From positions 1 through 64,000 of the IMG/VR virus record IMGVR_UViG_3300032093_000021: a DNA stretch of 64,000 nucleotides; one strand, written 5' to 3'. Below, piece after piece: positions 28,210 to 38,355 of this stretch. Position 1 is the first letter of the stretch. Each line of letters opens with the position of its first letter. The stretch is from a virus. The notes beneath the pieces are model-generated. The model ran no database searches. It was not told where the DNA came from and saw only the letters and a list, made by a program, of their open reading frames with translations. The position numbers were made by a program, and so were the translations under genes.

Positions 28210-29049
28210 CTAATAATTCAATATCAATAATTCTTCACCCATATTTTGTTTTGTACCTTTTTTAGCCGCAGCGGCTTTTGCAAATGATTTTTTCTCCCAT
28301 CTATATTGATTTTCAGGAAACCAAGTGTGTAATAAATCAAAATCATAATAAGACAATGAAAACTTACCTTTAACATTTTGTAACGTATTTGCAAGTCTTT
28401 CGTGGTCCTGTCTGTCAAAATCGTGGTTTGAGTAGTAGTTTTCAGTTTTCCAATATGGAGGATCTAAGTAAATATATGTATTTTCTGAGTCATATTTTTC
28501 TATTACATCCTGAAAATCCATATTTTCTACGTCAGTTATCTTTAGGAAATGTTCCACCCAATCCGGTTTACTTAACTTGTCTCTAAATGCTAGATATTTT
28601 GACCTATACTTACCCTTCAAATCGATAAAAGAAGACGTTTCAGGTTTACTACCGCTGAAGACCTGAGTGACCACATACACATATTTAGCGGCAGTCATAT
28701 AATCAGGTGTATTAGTTGTAAATCCTGAATTAAATATCTCTCTTTGGAAGTCCTCAAATCTAGTTCTAAATATGGGATCTGTATTATCAACCCCCAATTG
28801 CTGAACCGGGATAATATCTAAATGTCTCTGTAGTTCAGACGGATTCTGAACACACTTAAATAAATTGTAATTAAGGGGATTAAAGTCGTTATAAACGACC
28901 TTCTTTAGATTTGGATACTTAGATAGGTCCATATTAAAAAAACACCAGAACATACCTCCAAAGGTCTCTACATACGTTTCCATATCTTTGAGGTAATATG
29001 GGACTATCCACTTACCAATTTTACTTTTACCACCAATATAACTCAACAT
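28210..29049 (-). CDS. Dam-like (D12 class) adenine methyltransferase
   Basis: YIGGKS, YVETFGG, VYND, YLDPPY. Confidence 0.9.
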   Translation of the reverse strand: MLSYIGGKSKIGKWIVPYYLKDMETYVETFGGMFWCFFNMDLSKYPNLKKVVYNDFNPLNYNLFKCVQNPSELQRHLDIIPVQQLGVDNTDPIFRTRFEDFQREIFNSGFTTNTPDYMTAAKYVYVVTQVFSGSKPETSSFIDLKGKYRSKYLAFRDKLSKPDWVEHFLKITDVENMDFQDVIEKYDSENTYIYLDPPYWKTENYYSNHDFDRQDHERLANTLQNVKGKFSLSYYDFDLLHTWFPENQYRWEKKSFAKAAAAKKGTKQNMGEELLILNY

Positions 29050-29116
29050 TTAAATTTAATTTTGTATGTAAATGATAATACTTTTTTTCTATATTTAAAA
29101 GTATAAATTTTATTTT

Positions 29117-29347
29117 ATGGAATATAATTACGAAAACAAAATTATGAAATCAAACGCAGTTGATGTTGACCACATTGAAAAACAAGTATCCGGATGTAAA
29201 ACTTGTAAACAAAAAAAGAAAAAATGTAGAACTTGTAAATCTTCAAAAATTAAAATTAATTGGATGTTGTTTTTATCGTTTTACTTTTTAATATTCATAA
29301 TTTGGGGTCATATAGAATTTATAAAATTCTTAAGAAGTTTATTCTAA
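29117..29347 (+). CDS. Small membrane protein with two CxxC
   Basis: CKTC..CRTC then hydrophobic helix. Confidence 0.55.
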   Translation: MEYNYENKIMKSNAVDVDHIEKQVSGCKTCKQKKKKCRTCKSSKIKINWMLFLSFYFLIFIIWGHIEFIKFLRSLF

Positions 29348-30300
29348 CTTCTATCAAACTTAACTTCCATTTTAACGTATAAATCACCTACCTCATTTCC
29401 TCTGAAACCTTTACCTCTTAATCTTAATGGTATTTCTGTATTGAATTGATTGGGTATTTTGACAGAAAGTTTACCATCAGGGTGTGGTATTTCAAACGAG
29501 TCATTATTTAGTTCTTGAAGATTGAAATGTTTATGATATACTAAATTAATTCCGTCTTTAGAGAAACCATTTGAATTTTTTATATTGAATCTGACTATCA
29601 AATCACCAACAACCCCTTCATAAAAATCTCCCATTGCCGGTAATTTTATCATTTGACCACTTTCAATTCCGTGAGGTATTCTAATTCTTAATCTTTCCAT
29701 GATTGACTTAGTAGACTCACCATTACAGGAATGACATTTATTTATAATTCTGTGTCCCTTACCATTACAATCTGGACATACTACTTGATGTATCTGTGTG
29801 AAGAATCCTGTCCCAATACTCTGTGTTATGAATCCTTGAGTTCCACAAGTTATACATCCGGTTCTTTCTCCCCCTTTACCAGCACAAACATCACAAGCAA
29901 CTTTTTTTGTAAAATGGATGTCTTTCTCAACACTCATGAATGTATCAACAACATTCACATCAACATCAATTAATTTTTCAGGTGCTCTTCTCCTTTGTTG
30001 TCCAAAATTTGAATTGAACTTACCACCAAACATTTGACTCAAGATGTCATTTATATCCGCACCAAAAGGATTTCCACCGGGATTACCCCTCATGTGTGGA
30101 TTTTCTAATCTGTAATTATATTCATTTCTCTTATTGGGATCTGATAATACATCATAAGCCTCCGCAATATCCTTGAACTTTTCAGCGCCATCAGGATTTT
30201 TATCAGGATGGTATTGGAGCGCCAGCTTTCTATAAACTTTTTTTATTTCCTCAGCGGATGCGTCTTTACTTACACCCAAAATTTCATAATAATTTTTCAT
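29344..30300 (-). CDS. dnaJ: DnaJ chaperone
   Basis: J domain with HPD, four CxxCxGxG-type repeats, C-terminal domain. Confidence 0.95.
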   Translation of the reverse strand: MKNYYEILGVSKDASAEEIKKVYRKLALQYHPDKNPDGAEKFKDIAEAYDVLSDPNKRNEYNYRLENPHMRGNPGGNPFGADINDILSQMFGGKFNSNFGQQRRRAPEKLIDVDVNVVDTFMSVEKDIHFTKKVACDVCAGKGGERTGCITCGTQGFITQSIGTGFFTQIHQVVCPDCNGKGHRIINKCHSCNGESTKSIMERLRIRIPHGIESGQMIKLPAMGDFYEGVVGDLIVRFNIKNSNGFSKDGINLVYHKHFNLQELNNDSFEIPHPDGKLSVKIPNQFNTEIPLRLRGKGFRGNEVGDLYVKMEVKFDRS

Positions 30301-30948
30301 ATGAACAATAATTATACTATTATTTTATTTAAGAATAAAGTAAGATATAAAATATTAAAAAAATATAAAACATTCAAAAAAGCTGAAAATTTTTTTAAAA
30401 ATAAAATGGATGAAAGCAACAACGTAAAATTTAATATTGAGTATGAGGGAGGAAAAAAAGTAGATTACGAACTTGCACTAATAGAAAAAAACTCAAATAA
30501 ATTGATACCTTTATTTAAAACAGATGAATTAGGTAGAAATATAAAAATAAAATCAGACAATGATATTATGACCATCATTAAGTTAGAAAAATATAACTTA
30601 ACAGAAAAAATTCAGGACCTGAATAAAAAAAAGAAGATTGATTTCAATAATTTCTTATCTGAATATTTGAACACCGATAATTTGAAAATGGTTTCAAAAA
30701 TAAATAATAAGATATTTTTACAAGATGAAGATGAAATAAATTTGTTTTCACTAAAAAATGAAGAAGACGCCGAAAGATTTTTAATTTGTTTAGAAGAAAA
30801 AATATTCCAATCTAATAAAATAAATTGCATACTAATCAGAGATACTGACAAAGCTCAAAAGAAATACATATATAAGTTGCTTGAAGAAAAGGGATTTAAT
30901 AAAGATTTTTTATATAGAAAAAGTACTACTCACTCAAAAGATAAATAA
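30301..30948 (+). CDS. Hypothetical protein (start MNNNY)
   Basis: Long AT-rich ORF; the upstream ATG at 30208 would overlap the dnaJ J domain. Confidence 0.6.
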   Translation: MNNNYTIILFKNKVRYKILKKYKTFKKAENFFKNKMDESNNVKFNIEYEGGKKVDYELALIEKNSNKLIPLFKTDELGRNIKIKSDNDIMTIIKLEKYNLTEKIQDLNKKKKIDFNNFLSEYLNTDNLKMVSKINNKIFLQDEDEINLFSLKNEEDAERFLICLEEKIFQSNKINCILIRDTDKAQKKYIYKLLEEKGFNKDFLYRKSTTHSKDK

Positions 30949-31147
30949 ATTCAATTCCTGAAATGTCTATTTTGAATTTGTCCTTATCCTCTGATATATT
31001 TTTGATTAAATCACGAGTTTTAATAAATTCGTCTTTCGGTAAATCAAAAATTACCGCCTTTGTTCCGGGATGTAATAAATCAATCCCTTCCGAAATCAAT
31101 GCCAATTTTTCTAGATACCCATCAACACTTTCTTGATTCTCTGCCAT
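30926..31147 (-). CDS. Hypothetical protein
   Basis: ORF in array. Confidence 0.55.
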   Translation of the reverse strand: MAENQESVDGYLEKLALISEGIDLLHPGTKAVIFDLPKDEFIKTRDLIKNISEDKDKFKIDISGIEFIYLLSE

Positions 31148-31308
31148 AATGTATATTTTTTGGGTTTTAATGTTTCAATTATATTTTCTCTATTAGTATT
31201 TTTAATTTTATTTAAAAATTTTTTTTTCTCAACTTCCAATTCTATATTATCTCTTTGGATTTCATTCTGATACCAACTTAATATTTTCTCTGTCCTCTGA
31301 TTGTTCAT
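31111..31308 (-). CDS. Hypothetical protein
   Basis: C-terminal TLWQRIKKVLMG amphipathic helix. Confidence 0.55.
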   Translation of the reverse strand: MNNQRTEKILSWYQNEIQRDNIELEVEKKKFLNKIKNTNRENIIETLKPKKYTLWQRIKKVLMGI

Positions 31309-31699
31309 CTTCGTCAAAATTTACATTATAAATATTTTTAATATTAAATTCCAAATTTTTGAGATCATTTAGTTTACTATGATCAAAAAGTTCTTTTAAT
31401 TCCTTTATTTTTACTTCAAATAAACTTTCTTTTTCTTCTCTTTCTCTATTATATTTAACAATACCAATTATATTATTAAATAACTTTTCCATCAATTCTT
31501 CGTTGAACTCTACTGCGAATGAAAAACATCTGAAGTTATCTTTTGAACTGGGTTGTTCTAAAATCGTTTTTTCATCTACATATTTTTTTGGTATTTTCCA
31601 TGTTTTAGGAAACTCAATATCAATAGACAAATAGTTTTGAAGTTTTCTTATTGATATGAGATAAGGAAAGAAATCTAAGAGTAATTTGTATAAGTTCAT
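31262..31699 (-). CDS. Hypothetical protein
   Basis: 145-aa ORF. Confidence 0.6.
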   Translation of the reverse strand: MNLYKLLLDFFPYLISIRKLQNYLSIDIEFPKTWKIPKKYVDEKTILEQPSSKDNFRCFSFAVEFNEELMEKLFNNIIGIVKYNREREEKESLFEVKIKELKELFDHSKLNDLKNLEFNIKNIYNVNFDEDEQSEDRENIKLVSE

Positions 31700-31885
31700 T
31701 TATATGTTTTTAATTATATAAGTTATAAAATACGATAAAAAAATACCATGTATTATAAGTTCCCTACCCCTTAATATTTTTTCTTCCGGATGGAGTAGGG
31801 CACTTATAAATTTTGTTAACAATCTCAAAGTCACTAAGATTGAAAATACAAAAACGTACAAAAAAATAGTTTCAACATTAAGCAT
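31700..31885 (-). CDS. Small two-TM membrane protein
   Basis: Two hydrophobic segments. Confidence 0.55.
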   Translation of the reverse strand: MLNVETIFLYVFVFSILVTLRLLTKFISALLHPEEKILRGRELIIHGIFLSYFITYIIKNI

Positions 31886-32069
31886 TTTTTTCTGACTTTC
31901 TGTCTTCCAATATCTCTTGTCTAAGAGTTTGTAATAAACTTTTGAGTTCTTGTGCTAATTTTCTAGCTCTAGTACCTGCGCTTTTGTTTCCCTTTTGGAA
32001 TTTAAGTGTATCTACAGATAACTCTTCAGTTTTAACTTTGATTTGTTCAATAGTTGATAATTCTGACAT
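31878..32069 (-). CDS. Histone H1-like Hc1 family protein
   Basis: KFQKGNKSAGTRARK signature. Confidence 0.85.
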   Translation of the reverse strand: MSELSTIEQIKVKTEELSVDTLKFQKGNKSAGTRARKLAQELKSLLQTLRQEILEDRKSEKNA

Positions 32070-32132
32070 TTTTTTAAATTTTATCGTTTATTGTATATAA
32101 CAATAGGGTTTTTTTGATTTCAAGTAAATACA

Positions 32133-32606
32133 TTATGAATAATCACTCATGTTTTTATCTAATAATTTATAAACCTCAGTAAAAAGATCTAGGTCAGGTT
32201 TAGTAAATGGAAAATCTCTATCAAATAACTCTTCAAAAAACTTTCCCAAAGAGTTTCTTATTGACATATTTTTTTGATTATAAAACACTTCAGTCAAAAA
32301 AACTAAAAAATAATCATAATGATCTCCTCTATCATTGAATTCAATATTTTCTTTTTTAAATGAATTTATTGTTGTTTCCCAACACCAATCAAAATGTTTT
32401 TTTTTATCTTCATCAGACAAAATTATCTTGGTTTCATTTGGTAAACTCTCGTCACCCAAATAAGTTTCGCTAATCAACATTATCAATGATGTACAAAAAT
32501 CGTAAAAAAGTTCACATTTTTCAGTAATAATGTTGTTAACATTCATCCAAACTTGCACTTCATCTTCCGGTATAGGTTTCATCACCCAAGAAAAAAAATT
32601 CTCCAT
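32133..32606 (-). CDS. Hypothetical protein
   Basis: 157-aa ORF. Confidence 0.6.
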   Translation of the reverse strand: MENFFSWVMKPIPEDEVQVWMNVNNIITEKCELFYDFCTSLIMLISETYLGDESLPNETKIILSDEDKKKHFDWCWETTINSFKKENIEFNDRGDHYDYFLVFLTEVFYNQKNMSIRNSLGKFFEELFDRDFPFTKPDLDLFTEVYKLLDKNMSDYS

Positions 32607-32627
32607 AGAAATTTATCTATGGAGAAT
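32591..32627 (-). terminator. Terminator hairpin overlapping next start codon
   Basis: ATTCTCCATAGA-N6-TCTATGGAGAAT then T run; ATG of 32133..32606 lies in the stem. Confidence 0.65.
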
Positions 32628-32655
32628 ATAATCAATTAATTACTTTTTTTGTAGG

Positions 32656-34551
32656 TTATTGTGTTCTTTTATCGTAATTCATTAAATTCTTGATCTTGTT
32701 AAATTCTTCTGATAGTAAAATATCATTTTTTTCCTCAGTTGACTCAAGTTGATTCAGAATTTTTGTCGCCTTTGATGCGGCATCCTTACCATAATTTTGT
32801 TTGAATTTTGCCGCACGACCTGAATTTCCTTTAACAATTTCAGCAGGTTGTGGAGCTTTGTTGTAAGCTATGTCCTTAACCGCCCCCAACAAATTATCCT
32901 TTCTAATCTGATTTCTTTTTTTATTTACACCTGTTTCAACCGCATTTGCCCATTTTGGATTGTTACCTGTTTTAGAGGATCCTTCTATGTTAGAAGTTAT
33001 TCTATCCTCATCCGGGTGAATTTCATCATAGACGAGATTTTCTTGACCCGCAGCCGTAAAATTATCAATATATTCAGAAGTCGCATTGTCAGGTTGGTAT
33101 GCCATTTTTTCCATTTTAGCTAATTCACCATTACCTTTAGGAAAATGTTTGGGACTTGTTTCGTATCCCCCTTTAGATCCGTCTTTCAGATAATCTTTTA
33201 ACTTTTGCGTTACACTTTTGATATAATCATCATTTTCTTTTTTAGAACCTTTCAGGGCTTTTTCAGTTTCAGCCCATCCTTTAGGTTTTTTACCTCCGAA
33301 ATACTTATCACTTTTTTGCTCCAAAACAATCTGTTCAATTAAATTGATCATTTCTGACTCAGTTAATTCAATTGATTCTTTAACACTTTTCTTTTTATGT
33401 TCCACCCCTTTATAAGCTTTTATATTTTTTGCGAAATTAGCTTTTTTAACTAATTTAGGATCTCCACTTTTCATCGCTTTATCTATACAAGATTTAGTAA
33501 CTTCACCACCACAATATTCTTTGAATGAACCTTCAGTTCCTTTTTTCTCCATTTTTTTCACTGCTTTTTGGATGAATTTTTCGGCTTCATCCAAGTTTGA
33601 TCTATCTGTATAAGTTTTTCCACCTAACTTAAATTTTCCACCTTTTTTTGTTTTTCTTAAAGCATTTGTAAAAGCGTTTCCCTCTTCCATCTCATCAGTT
33701 TCACCTAAACCTAATTTACCTTTTATTTTGTTTAAAAAAGAACTTTTTTTAGGTTCTTCAAATTCAATATCTTCAACACCATTATATCTTCTTTTACCTA
33801 ATGGAACGTCTTCAGATTCAATATCCTGAAAATCATAATCAGTTTTTTTACCTCTGTCGTACATACCACCTGTTTTCTCATGAAAATGATCAGAATCAAT
33901 ATTATCGTAATATCCAATTCCTTCTTCTAATTCATCATCAAAATCAGACACAAAACGTTCAACATCTTTATCACCCATTAAATGACTTCCAGCTTTTTTA
34001 CCTCTGAAAGAGTGCATTGGTTCTCCTTCTCCCGGATATTCGTCTGTATATTCCAAGTCATCTTCAAATGAAGGTGACTTGAATTTGTATTTTCCACCTT
34101 TTTTCAATTTAGAAAGTTCAATTTCACCAACCTCTTTTTTCTTTTTTGATCCACGAAGAAGTTTGAAATCTTCTTTATCTAATCTACCATTTTTATTTCT
34201 ATCTAATCTTTTCTGACCACCATGTAATCTTTCAGTAATGCTTCCTTTACAAAACATTTGTGTTCTTTCATCGTCAGGTCCAAAGTTAGCCATATGATAT
34301 TTACAAGTTTCATCATTGTCACCTGTAGATTTATCAGTTATGTCCGTTTCCCCACCATCCATTTCAGATTCATCTTCCTCAGATATATCTGTCCCTGAAA
34401 TAGTCACAGGACCTTGTGGATTCCAATCTTCTGATGTTGCCGCTTGAGGTCCAGTCCAACCGGCAGCATCAATTTTATTACTCAATTCTTCTGTTTTTTC
34501 CTCTAAAGATTCTTTCATAGCAACTTTTATTAATTTATCAATATGATTCAT
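32656..34551 (-). CDS. Large modular charged protein, probable internal head protein
   Basis: Start MNHIDK after TATTTATT; EF-hand-like LDRNKNGRLDKED; internal LTESEMINLIE; many I/L-x-E sites. Confidence 0.6.
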   Translation of the reverse strand: MNHIDKLIKVAMKESLEEKTEELSNKIDAAGWTGPQAATSEDWNPQGPVTISGTDISEEDESEMDGGETDITDKSTGDNDETCKYHMANFGPDDERTQMFCKGSITERLHGGQKRLDRNKNGRLDKEDFKLLRGSKKKKEVGEIELSKLKKGGKYKFKSPSFEDDLEYTDEYPGEGEPMHSFRGKKAGSHLMGDKDVERFVSDFDDELEEGIGYYDNIDSDHFHEKTGGMYDRGKKTDYDFQDIESEDVPLGKRRYNGVEDIEFEEPKKSSFLNKIKGKLGLGETDEMEEGNAFTNALRKTKKGGKFKLGGKTYTDRSNLDEAEKFIQKAVKKMEKKGTEGSFKEYCGGEVTKSCIDKAMKSGDPKLVKKANFAKNIKAYKGVEHKKKSVKESIELTESEMINLIEQIVLEQKSDKYFGGKKPKGWAETEKALKGSKKENDDYIKSVTQKLKDYLKDGSKGGYETSPKHFPKGNGELAKMEKMAYQPDNATSEYIDNFTAAGQENLVYDEIHPDEDRITSNIEGSSKTGNNPKWANAVETGVNKKRNQIRKDNLLGAVKDIAYNKAPQPAEIVKGNSGRAAKFKQNYGKDAASKATKILNQLESTEEKNDILLSEEFNKIKNLMNYDKRTQ

Positions 34552-34573
34552 AGTTTTTTTTTTAATAAATATT

Positions 34574-35506
34574 TCAATAGTTTGGTTTATTTCTCTTAGT
34601 TTCCAATTCATTTTGGATAATTGATTTAATCACATCAGGAGAAACATTATATTTTAAACTTACGTCTTCAATTACTTTTTTTACTTTTTCATTTTCATAT
34701 ATTTTTAAAGCTTTAATATCTCCCTGATTACAATAAGGGAAAGTTTTACATTTTTTCTTTATTGTTACAAAATTTCCACCCGGTATTTGGGTTTTTGACC
34801 TCCCTCTCCAATCTTTTTTTGAGGTTGATTTTGCCCAAGCTGCGGTTGTTACGTAAGATCCTGATGAACCAGACCCAGTGGCTTCCTTGGTTTCAGTTTT
34901 TTTCCCTTTTTTTTTCTTCTTTGATTGTTCTTCTTTTTCTTTAAATTCGTCTAACATGTTTTTTACTTTTGATAAAGTCTCATCAGAAACTTTATCACTC
35001 CTTTTGATATACCCATATAAATCTTCAAAACTGAAAGCATACGCATCCATTATCAAAAATAAAAGTTGTCTATATAAATCTCTATCTTCATTTTTTAAGA
35101 TTTTTAAAACTTCATCTGCCTTCTCATATTCATCAACTTTCATAACCTCTTCTAAATTAGTTTTTTCTGTTGATATTGGAGGTGCGAATGATCCTGCCGC
35201 GGAAGCTGAAGTTGCTTCTTTATTCTCAATTTTTTTTAACTTGTTATAATATTCTAAATCTTCATACAAATGATCCATGGCTATTTTTTTAGCCACTTGT
35301 TTGTTATCAGTATGTTCCATTTCAATTTTAGTCCCTTGAATAATTGCGTCCTTAACTTTTTTTTCAACCAAAGAAATGTCTTTCCCTTTTTTATGATTTT
35401 TCTTAACAATCTCATCAAAGGTTTTGTTTTTGATTGAAGATTTCTTCAATGCTTTTTCTATTAAATAATTTAAAACTTTACTCATTTTTTTAATTTGATT
35501 TTCCAA
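34574..35506 (-). CDS. DUF5661-like protein
   Basis: GTKIEMEHT...IAMDHL.E...YYNKL. Confidence 0.7.
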   Translation of the reverse strand: MENQIKKMSKVLNYLIEKALKKSSIKNKTFDEIVKKNHKKGKDISLVEKKVKDAIIQGTKIEMEHTDNKQVAKKIAMDHLYEDLEYYNKLKKIENKEATSASAAGSFAPPISTEKTNLEEVMKVDEYEKADEVLKILKNEDRDLYRQLLFLIMDAYAFSFEDLYGYIKRSDKVSDETLSKVKNMLDEFKEKEEQSKKKKKGKKTETKEATGSGSSGSYVTTAAWAKSTSKKDWRGRSKTQIPGGNFVTIKKKCKTFPYCNQGDIKALKIYENEKVKKVIEDVSLKYNVSPDVIKSIIQNELETKRNKPNY

Positions 35507-36129
35507 TATATTCCTCCCTGTATTGAAGGCACCAAAGCGTTTGTAATCCCAATTCCTAAACTATACATGTTATCAGATTTTGTTTTCAAAACAAAATTAG
35601 GTCCGAAAAAGTTGAACCCTTGTCTAGTAACCCCAACTAATCCTCCTACATAAACCTGATTAACAGGTAGCTTAACAACAATAATACTATCTTTTATTAC
35701 AATTTGATTGATGTCAGATTTTAAAGTCCTACCTTTTATCTTGTTCTCTTGAACTGTATCAACCAATGTTATGGTACCCAAACTATCCTCCAATTTTATC
35801 GTATCTTTATAAACTCTTTTAGAATAGTAATCTTTCAATATAGCGGCAGTATCTACATCGGCGGGGACATCAATATAAACAGGAGTTTCAACGTAAATAG
35901 TTTGACCTGGTTTATACACTGTTTGAGTTTTTGGAATATACTGTGTATCTATAACTCTTTGGATTACAGTATATTTTTTTCCTCCAACCTTTATTGTATC
36001 TCCCGGTTTTACAGGTGGTTTAGGCGTACAAAGTTTCAATAAAAGAATGACAATAATTAAACAAATTATCATCAAGGTTTTCAAATCCAAGTATTCATAA
36101 AATTTTTTAGAGTTCTTCTTCATCTTCAC
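35482..36129 (-). CDS. Membrane-anchored protein, possible spanin-like lysis component
   Basis: N-terminal TM ending in Cys, Pro-rich linker, beta-rich C-terminus. Confidence 0.45.
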   Translation of the reverse strand: MKMKKNSKKFYEYLDLKTLMIICLIIVILLLKLCTPKPPVKPGDTIKVGGKKYTVIQRVIDTQYIPKTQTVYKPGQTIYVETPVYIDVPADVDTAAILKDYYSKRVYKDTIKLEDSLGTITLVDTVQENKIKGRTLKSDINQIVIKDSIIVVKLPVNQVYVGGLVGVTRQGFNFFGPNFVLKTKSDNMYSLGIGITNALVPSIQGGIYWKIKLKK

Positions 36130-36730
36130 CTCCTTTTTGCATAGTTTTTTTCCTTGATGCCAATACCTTAGCCCATTTAGATTTGAACTTTTCGTAATAA
36201 GCCTGTAACTTTCTCATTGTTTCCAAAAAGTTTTCATCAACTTTCATCATCGTCCCGTTTATATAAATTCCATTGTTTTCACCAATTGTGAAATAAAATT
36301 CCATGTCAAAATCTATAATCTTTCCACCCCATTCTACATCCTTTGTATATACATTCAAGTTTTCAAAATCTACGAGATCAGATACTTCATTGATAAATTC
36401 ATCCATAGTTTCCTGAAACGCCACTTTTTCATCTGTCGTTAGTTCCAAATCACTTTGGTCTCTACCATGTAAAGTTATCATTCCACCTGAAATTCTATAA
36501 GCTTGTTGCTTATCGTCTTTCATTTTTTCTTTTTCCGAATCAATTTTTTCTTCAGTACTTTTAATTGGATTAATTTTTTGGAATACATCGGATCCTGATT
36601 TTTCATCATCTTGTTCCATTAAAATACCATACTTTTTTTTAATTGAGTAATTTTCCTCATTTAAATTAGATTTAAGCATCTTGTTAGATGCCTTCAATAA
36701 CTTTTTTATTTCATCATACGAATTGCTCAT
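36107..36730 (-). CDS. Hypothetical protein
   Basis: Start MSNSYDEIKK; LNE/LME sites; TATTTATA upstream. Confidence 0.6.
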   Translation of the reverse strand: MSNSYDEIKKLLKASNKMLKSNLNEENYSIKKKYGILMEQDDEKSGSDVFQKINPIKSTEEKIDSEKEKMKDDKQQAYRISGGMITLHGRDQSDLELTTDEKVAFQETMDEFINEVSDLVDFENLNVYTKDVEWGGKIIDFDMEFYFTIGENNGIYINGTMMKVDENFLETMRKLQAYYEKFKSKWAKVLASRKKTMQKGGEDEEEL

Positions 36731-37319
36731 TCTCAAAATATTTTATAAATAAATCAAAATCAAATGCCGGACTTAAATCTGTAGATTTGGAGTTGAAATT
36801 ACTTTTTGATATTATACCATTATATCTTTCAACACCTTCCACTTTTGTATTATGACCGACACATTTTTTATCAATAGAGAAATCATCCGTTAACTTATTA
36901 CACAATTCAGCACAACTTTTAAGTTGTTCTTCAGTATAAGGTTGCCAAAAGAAATAATCTCTCCATTTTCTTTCAAAAATTTCTCCTTTATAAATATCAC
37001 CAATCCAGTTAACGTAATAATCTGTTAGTGGTCTTTTTTCTAACCAACCCAAATTTTCAAGAACCACTATAATTGAGTTCTTATTTATAGATTCTTTTTT
37101 GAAAAATGAAGAATAAGTGTCGTCCGGAATCAAGTTATATATAATTCCCTCTCTACTTATTACATAATTAGGAATTTTATTGTATTTTTTGTTGTGTCTT
37201 TCTTTTAATGAGGTAATATAATATCTAATATCACGTGAAGTGTTAGCCAAAATAATTTGTTTTTTTTTCTTATTTTGACTGATATAACTTAAATTTTCAA
37301 TTTTTTCAATATTAAACAT
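36714..37319 (-). CDS. N-acetylmuramoyl-L-alanine amidase (Amidase_2)-like
   Basis: PNYVISREG.I, NSI.V.LEN, YTEEQL, GH, DLSPAF; first Zn-ligand His missing. Confidence 0.7.
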   Translation of the reverse strand: MFNIEKIENLSYISQNKKKKQIILANTSRDIRYYITSLKERHNKKYNKIPNYVISREGIIYNLIPDDTYSSFFKKESINKNSIIVVLENLGWLEKRPLTDYYVNWIGDIYKGEIFERKWRDYFFWQPYTEEQLKSCAELCNKLTDDFSIDKKCVGHNTKVEGVERYNGIISKSNFNSKSTDLSPAFDFDLFIKYFENEQFV

Positions 37320-37320
37320 T

Positions 37321-38010
37321 CTATTTTGTGTAAACTAATCTTTTTACTTTTTCATCTTCAATATTTTCCTGTTCTTTTGTTTCTTGATCCGATTCTTTTT
37401 TACCTAGTAAAATTTCTTCAGCTTTATCTATCTCCTCTTTACTTGGCATATTAACAATTAAATCTTTATCATAGTTCTCCTTTTCTATTTTTCCGGCGAT
37501 TTTACTCAACTCTTCAATATCAACATCAGTTGTTTTTTTCTTATTTTTTTCCTCTTCTTCAAACTTAACTAACATGTGTAAAAACGATAAAGATATTAGC
37601 GGCAACATTCCCCCCGAGAAGAAAGCCAAGAATCTTTTATGACCTATTAAATCTCCGGATTCAACCCCCATCAAACTAACCAACGGATCTACAAGATCAA
37701 CCCAGTCCCTAAAAATAGGATTGTTTATATCAATAAACTGATATGCAAAAAATATGTTTCCTATGAACTGAATGAGTGTTACAATACCGAATGGGAAGTA
37801 AACCTTTCTACCCATATTTGCGGATATAGCCGCTAATGCAGATAAGGCGGCAATCTCAATACCTACTGAAAGATATATAGCCCAACTAAACGGATTAGAT
37901 ATTCCATACCATTTTGTTACGTGAGATATTGACACCAACGCAACCAAAATTATCGGAACTAAAAATGAAACATATATAATGTTTTTAATATTTCTTTGAA
38001 ACCAATTCAT
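37321..38010 (-). CDS. Four-TM membrane protein, holin candidate
   Basis: Four hydrophobic helices and charged tail; adjacent to amidase. Confidence 0.5.
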   Translation of the reverse strand: MNWFQRNIKNIIYVSFLVPIILVALVSISHVTKWYGISNPFSWAIYLSVGIEIAALSALAAISANMGRKVYFPFGIVTLIQFIGNIFFAYQFIDINNPIFRDWVDLVDPLVSLMGVESGDLIGHKRFLAFFSGGMLPLISLSFLHMLVKFEEEEKNKKKTTDVDIEELSKIAGKIEKENYDKDLIVNMPSKEEIDKAEEILLGKKESDQETKEQENIEDEKVKRLVYTK

Positions 38011-38291
38011 TATTTACTTCTTAATCTTTTTATCTCCTCATCTATTTGAGTTTGTCTTTGAACGTCGAGGATCTTTCTGTCAGTAGCTTGGATCATTCTT
38101 TTTTCCGCTTCCAATCCACTAATTCTTAATTCAACTTCCAACTCCTTTTTTGTATAAGTAGAATCTTTAATCAGTTGAATCTCTTTTCTGATTTTAGTTA
38201 ACTCTCTTGAGTCTCCACATGTCTTAACTAATGTTAATAATGAAATAGCTAAGATTATGTTTGCAAAATTTTCAGTTATAAATTTTTTCAT
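38010..38291 (-). CDS. Membrane-anchored coiled-coil protein (spanin/lipoprotein-like)
   Basis: TM followed by KTCG and coiled coil. Confidence 0.5.
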   Translation of the reverse strand: MKKFITENFANIILAISLLTLVKTCGDSRELTKIRKEIQLIKDSTYTKKELEVELRISGLEAEKRMIQATDRKILDVQRQTQIDEEIKRLRSK

Positions 38292-38317
38292 ATTTAAAAG
38301 TTTTATTATAATAAAAT

Positions 38318-38350
38318 AAAAAAAAATGGACTATTATAAATAGTCCATTC
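38318..38350 (-). terminator. Terminator after sigma gene, containing TATTTATA
   Basis: AATGGACTATT-TAT-AATAGTCCATT plus T run. Confidence 0.75.
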
Positions 38351-38355
38351 TCATA

